From NCBI RefSeq assembly GCF_009914755.1, contig NC_060930.1: 64,000 nt of DNA; one strand, 5' to 3'. The first letter of the stretch is position 1. The number at the start of each line of letters is the position of its first letter. This stretch comes from the human T2T-CHM13v2.0 reference genome, Homo sapiens. Shown in pieces: positions 60,722 through 64,000 of this stretch. Made by a program: the position numbers and the translations under genes. The notes under the pieces were generated by a model, which was not told where the DNA came from, made no database searches, and saw nothing but the letters and a program-made list of their open reading frames with translations.

Positions 60722-61025
60722 AAGGTGTTCAAGATGGTAGCCACAACCCACTTTTAGCTTTTCAGCACTTGGAATGTGGCTAGACAAAATAAAGATGTAT
60801 GTACAAAATACTTAGTATGAGAAAATGAATGAAAAAAATCTGAATAATAATTTTATATTACCTATTATATTAAAATGATAATTTGGATATATTGGATTAA
60901 ATAAAATACACTAGTAAAACTAAATTTCACCAATTTTAAAACTTATTTTACTATATTAAATTTTCAATTATAATGGATGCTCACATTAGTGACTCAGATT
61001 TTATTTATATTGAACAGGGTCATTC
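60722..61025. mobile_element. MER33-like hAT-Charlie element
   Basis: ATGGTAGCCAC...AGCACTTGGAATGTGGCTAG...TTTGGATATATTGGATTAAATAAAATA. Confidence 0.65.
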
Positions 61026-61040
61026 TAGGTTATTTTGCAG

Positions 61041-61265
61041 TGTGGTAAGCAGAATGACCCTAAATGTCCATATCCTAATCCCTGAAACCTGAGAATCTGT
61101 CATGTCATATGACAAAATGGATTTTGCTGTTGTTATTAAGGGTACAAACTATGACAAGGGAGTTTATCCTAGATTATGCAAGTAGGCCATGTCTAATCAT
61201 ATAAGCTATTAAAAGCAGAGTATTTTCTCCAGTTGCAGTCAGTGAGATGCAGCTGAAGGACAGGT
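61041..61265 (+). mobile_element. MLT1E/D-type MaLR LTR, 5' half
   Basis: TGTGGTAAGCAGAAT...TCCTAATCCCTGAAACCTG...TTATCCTAGATTAT. Confidence 0.65.
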
Positions 61266-61269
61266 TGGA

Positions 61270-62740
61270 GTAAAAAACTTCATCACAAACCTGTTAACAA
61301 GCCATCCCCCCATGAGGTCATGGAGGCCACAAGAGTAGTAAAAACAAGGCACTCCTGCTCCTTATAGGGTGGGGTTTTAGGTAGAGGCCTAAGGGGAGTC
61401 AGGACTCCCACCCCAATGGGCAATAACAAAAAACCTTCACTTTTCCTCATATCAATGGAGCTTAGGTGGGAATCTGTATTCTACATCTACATGACAGTAG
61501 AAGGTGACATTCTTTCCCATTCCCCCACTGGAATAGTGTCAGAGGAAAGCAGCTAAAATGAAATGTTTAAAGAATATTTGCATTCTTACAACTAATACTC
61601 AAAATGTCTAGCTTTCAGTAAAATCCATCATTATACCAAGGACTCAGAAAATTTTGCCTGAATGAGAAAAAATGAACAACCAACACCAAAAGCAAGATGA
61701 CATAAATGTTAGGATTATCTGTCAAAACTTTAAAAATAGCTATGATAAAAATACAATTATGAAGCAATAATGAACATGCTTGAAGGAAATGGAAAAAAAA
61801 ATTCTCAGCAAAGTAATAGAAAATTTAGGAAAAGGTAGAAGATATTTTTAAAAAAGAAAATTGAAACAGAAAAATACAATAATGGAAGTGGAAAAAAAAA
61901 AAAACCCTAAATCGATGGGCTCAACAACATAGGGGAGACCTTAGAAGTAAAAATGAGAGAACTTGATGATAAAACAATAGAAATTGACCAATCTATGCAA
62001 CATAGAAAAAAAAGAATTAAAAACAAAATTGGAAAAACATTAGGGATCCTTGGGACTATAACAAAAATACTAGCGTTAATGTCATCAGAGTCCAGGAAAA
62101 AATAAAAAGAAAGAAGAAGGAGGGTGAGGCCAACAATGTGCTTGAATAAATAATAACTGAAATTATCCTAAATTGCTAAAAGGCATAAACCTATAGACTG
62201 TTAAAGCTGAGCAAGGCTTAACCAAGATACACCCAAAGAAATCCGAGCCAAACCACATTATAGTCAAACTACTGTGAACTAAAGACAGAGAAGAAATATC
62301 TTAGAAGCAGCAGAGAGAAACACCTATAGGGGAAAAATATTTAAAAGATAGTGAATTTCTCACCAAAAATCAGGGAGAGCCAGAGAGAAATGAAACACTT
62401 ATCAAGTCCTGAAAGGAAAAAAAAAAAACTATCAACTCAGAATTTTATATCTAGCATTAGTGTCTTTCAGGAATGAAGGGGAAATACATTTTCAAATGAA
62501 TTTGTATTCATTTGAAAATTCATTCATTCAATGCTTAGTCAGTGACTAAGCATTTGTCACTGACAAAACCACCCTAAAATAATCATTAAAGTAAATGATT
62601 TAAGCAAGATAGAAATAATAAATAAACAAGCTTTGAAACATCATGAAGGAAGAACAGAGAAAGCAAAAACATGCGTAAATACAATAGATTTTCCTTCCCT
62701 TTCTGAATTTGCTAAATTATGTTTGAAGTTTAAAACAATC
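61270..62740 (+). mobile_element. Old L1MC/MD 5' region and ORF1
   Basis: ATGGGCTCAACA, GGGACTATAACAAAA and TTCAGGAATGAAGGGGAAATA ORF1 motifs. Confidence 0.6.
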
Positions 62741-64000
62741 AATCAAGAAGTTCCTCGTTGATTAAAAAATGTGAAAAGCAAACATTAAAGTACTTTAGAA
62801 GAAAATACAATATCAAAGCAGGCATTGATTTTCTAAATCAGGCCCCACAAGCAAATATGTAAGAGAAAGAAAATAAATGTAAGTACATTTGAAATCATTT
62901 CAAGTGGCAATATAACAAAAATTAAAAGTCCAACTTTTGATTTGCATGATGCACTTGCAAGTATTTAAGCAATAGAAAATAATATCTGAAAGTTATAAAT
63001 ATATCTTACACATTAATATTTCAAGAAATGAATAACTGCATAAAATGGCATGGGATAAATACAGGCAGTTTCTGGAGGTGTGATGACAAAAATAAAGAAA
63101 ATTTGCTCAATCTAATTTGTAATTTAAAAAAATAAAAAATGAAACCATTAAAATAATTCCTTTGCTTAATATTTAAAAACATTAAAGGGTAACATAATAT
63201 CATATATTAGTATTAGAAAATAAAAACTCTTATACACTTCTTGTTAAGTGTTAATAATAAGTACATTTTAGAAAACATTCAGCAATGCTTAGTTAAGTTG
63301 AAGCTGCAAATAATCCATTATCCAGCATTTGTATCCTGAAAAGGTAGAGGAACACTTACCTACTGGAGGAACTCTCACACAATGCCTTAAAAAGGTATCT
63401 ATAACACAGTTTATTGTAACATAAAGTACAATGATGAAGAGAAAAAGAAAGAAAAAAAAATAAAACACCAAAGGCATGACAGGGAAATAGATGTGTCCTG
63501 TCCTGAGTGAAGTGTTCTGCCCAGGTTCACCTAATTATTAAGGGGTCCAAGAATTGAACCTTAATTGGATGGCATTGAACCCCTTATAGTATACCAGAGA
63601 AGTTAATTTTAATAATATATAGTTTCATAAAAAGCTGAATTGCAGGAATTAAAAAGCATGCCAAGGAAACCGTAAACAAGAAAAGAATTAATAGAGGCAG
63701 AATATGTAGCTAAAACTTAACCTTAGACACAGTAAGATTAAATTGCACACAATATGCATTTTTTTCTCTTTTTCTGTTCTGCATTGGCAACTCATTGCTT
63801 GAATACGTATGACTATGTACTGTTCTATGGTATCTTTTCCATTTTGTCTAGGAAAGAGTTAATCAAATAAACTATCCCCCATTAATGTATTTCTTCTCAG
63901 AGGCAGTGTACTATACCTAACCTCTAGAGCGATAGTGATGGTGGTACTTCCAGCTATCACACCAGGTGAATTGGAGGCAAGGGATAAGTGGGTAATTGAG

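Overview
Primate DNA, most likely human or another ape, given L1PA3/4-type LINEs, AluY-family copies and a HERV-W LTR17. It is AT-rich, and I found no protein-coding gene, RNA gene or CRISPR array. Well over half of the window is nested transposable elements: an ERV1 internal leader with a tRNA-Gly primer-binding site, solo LTR1 and LTR17, MaLR/ERVL LTRs, about 11 Alu-family insertions, many L1 fragments, L2/MIR and several DNA transposons. The ORF track is mostly repeat-derived or short chance ORFs; the only clearly protein-like ones are dead L1 ORF1/ORF2 pieces. Four things stand out. (1) Two neighbouring L1PA copies differ at subfamily-type sites yet share several non-consensus variants, suggesting local gene conversion; one copy is a twin-primed inversion. 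(2) A solo HERV-W LTR sits inside a MaLR LTR inside an L2. (3) There is an unexplained 110-bp hairpin. (4) A series of short templated or inverted insertion scars runs through the window. Subfamily names come from my recall of consensus sequences and need RepeatMasker/Dfam confirmation; boundaries of old elements are approximate. I see no evidence for a new multi-gene system.
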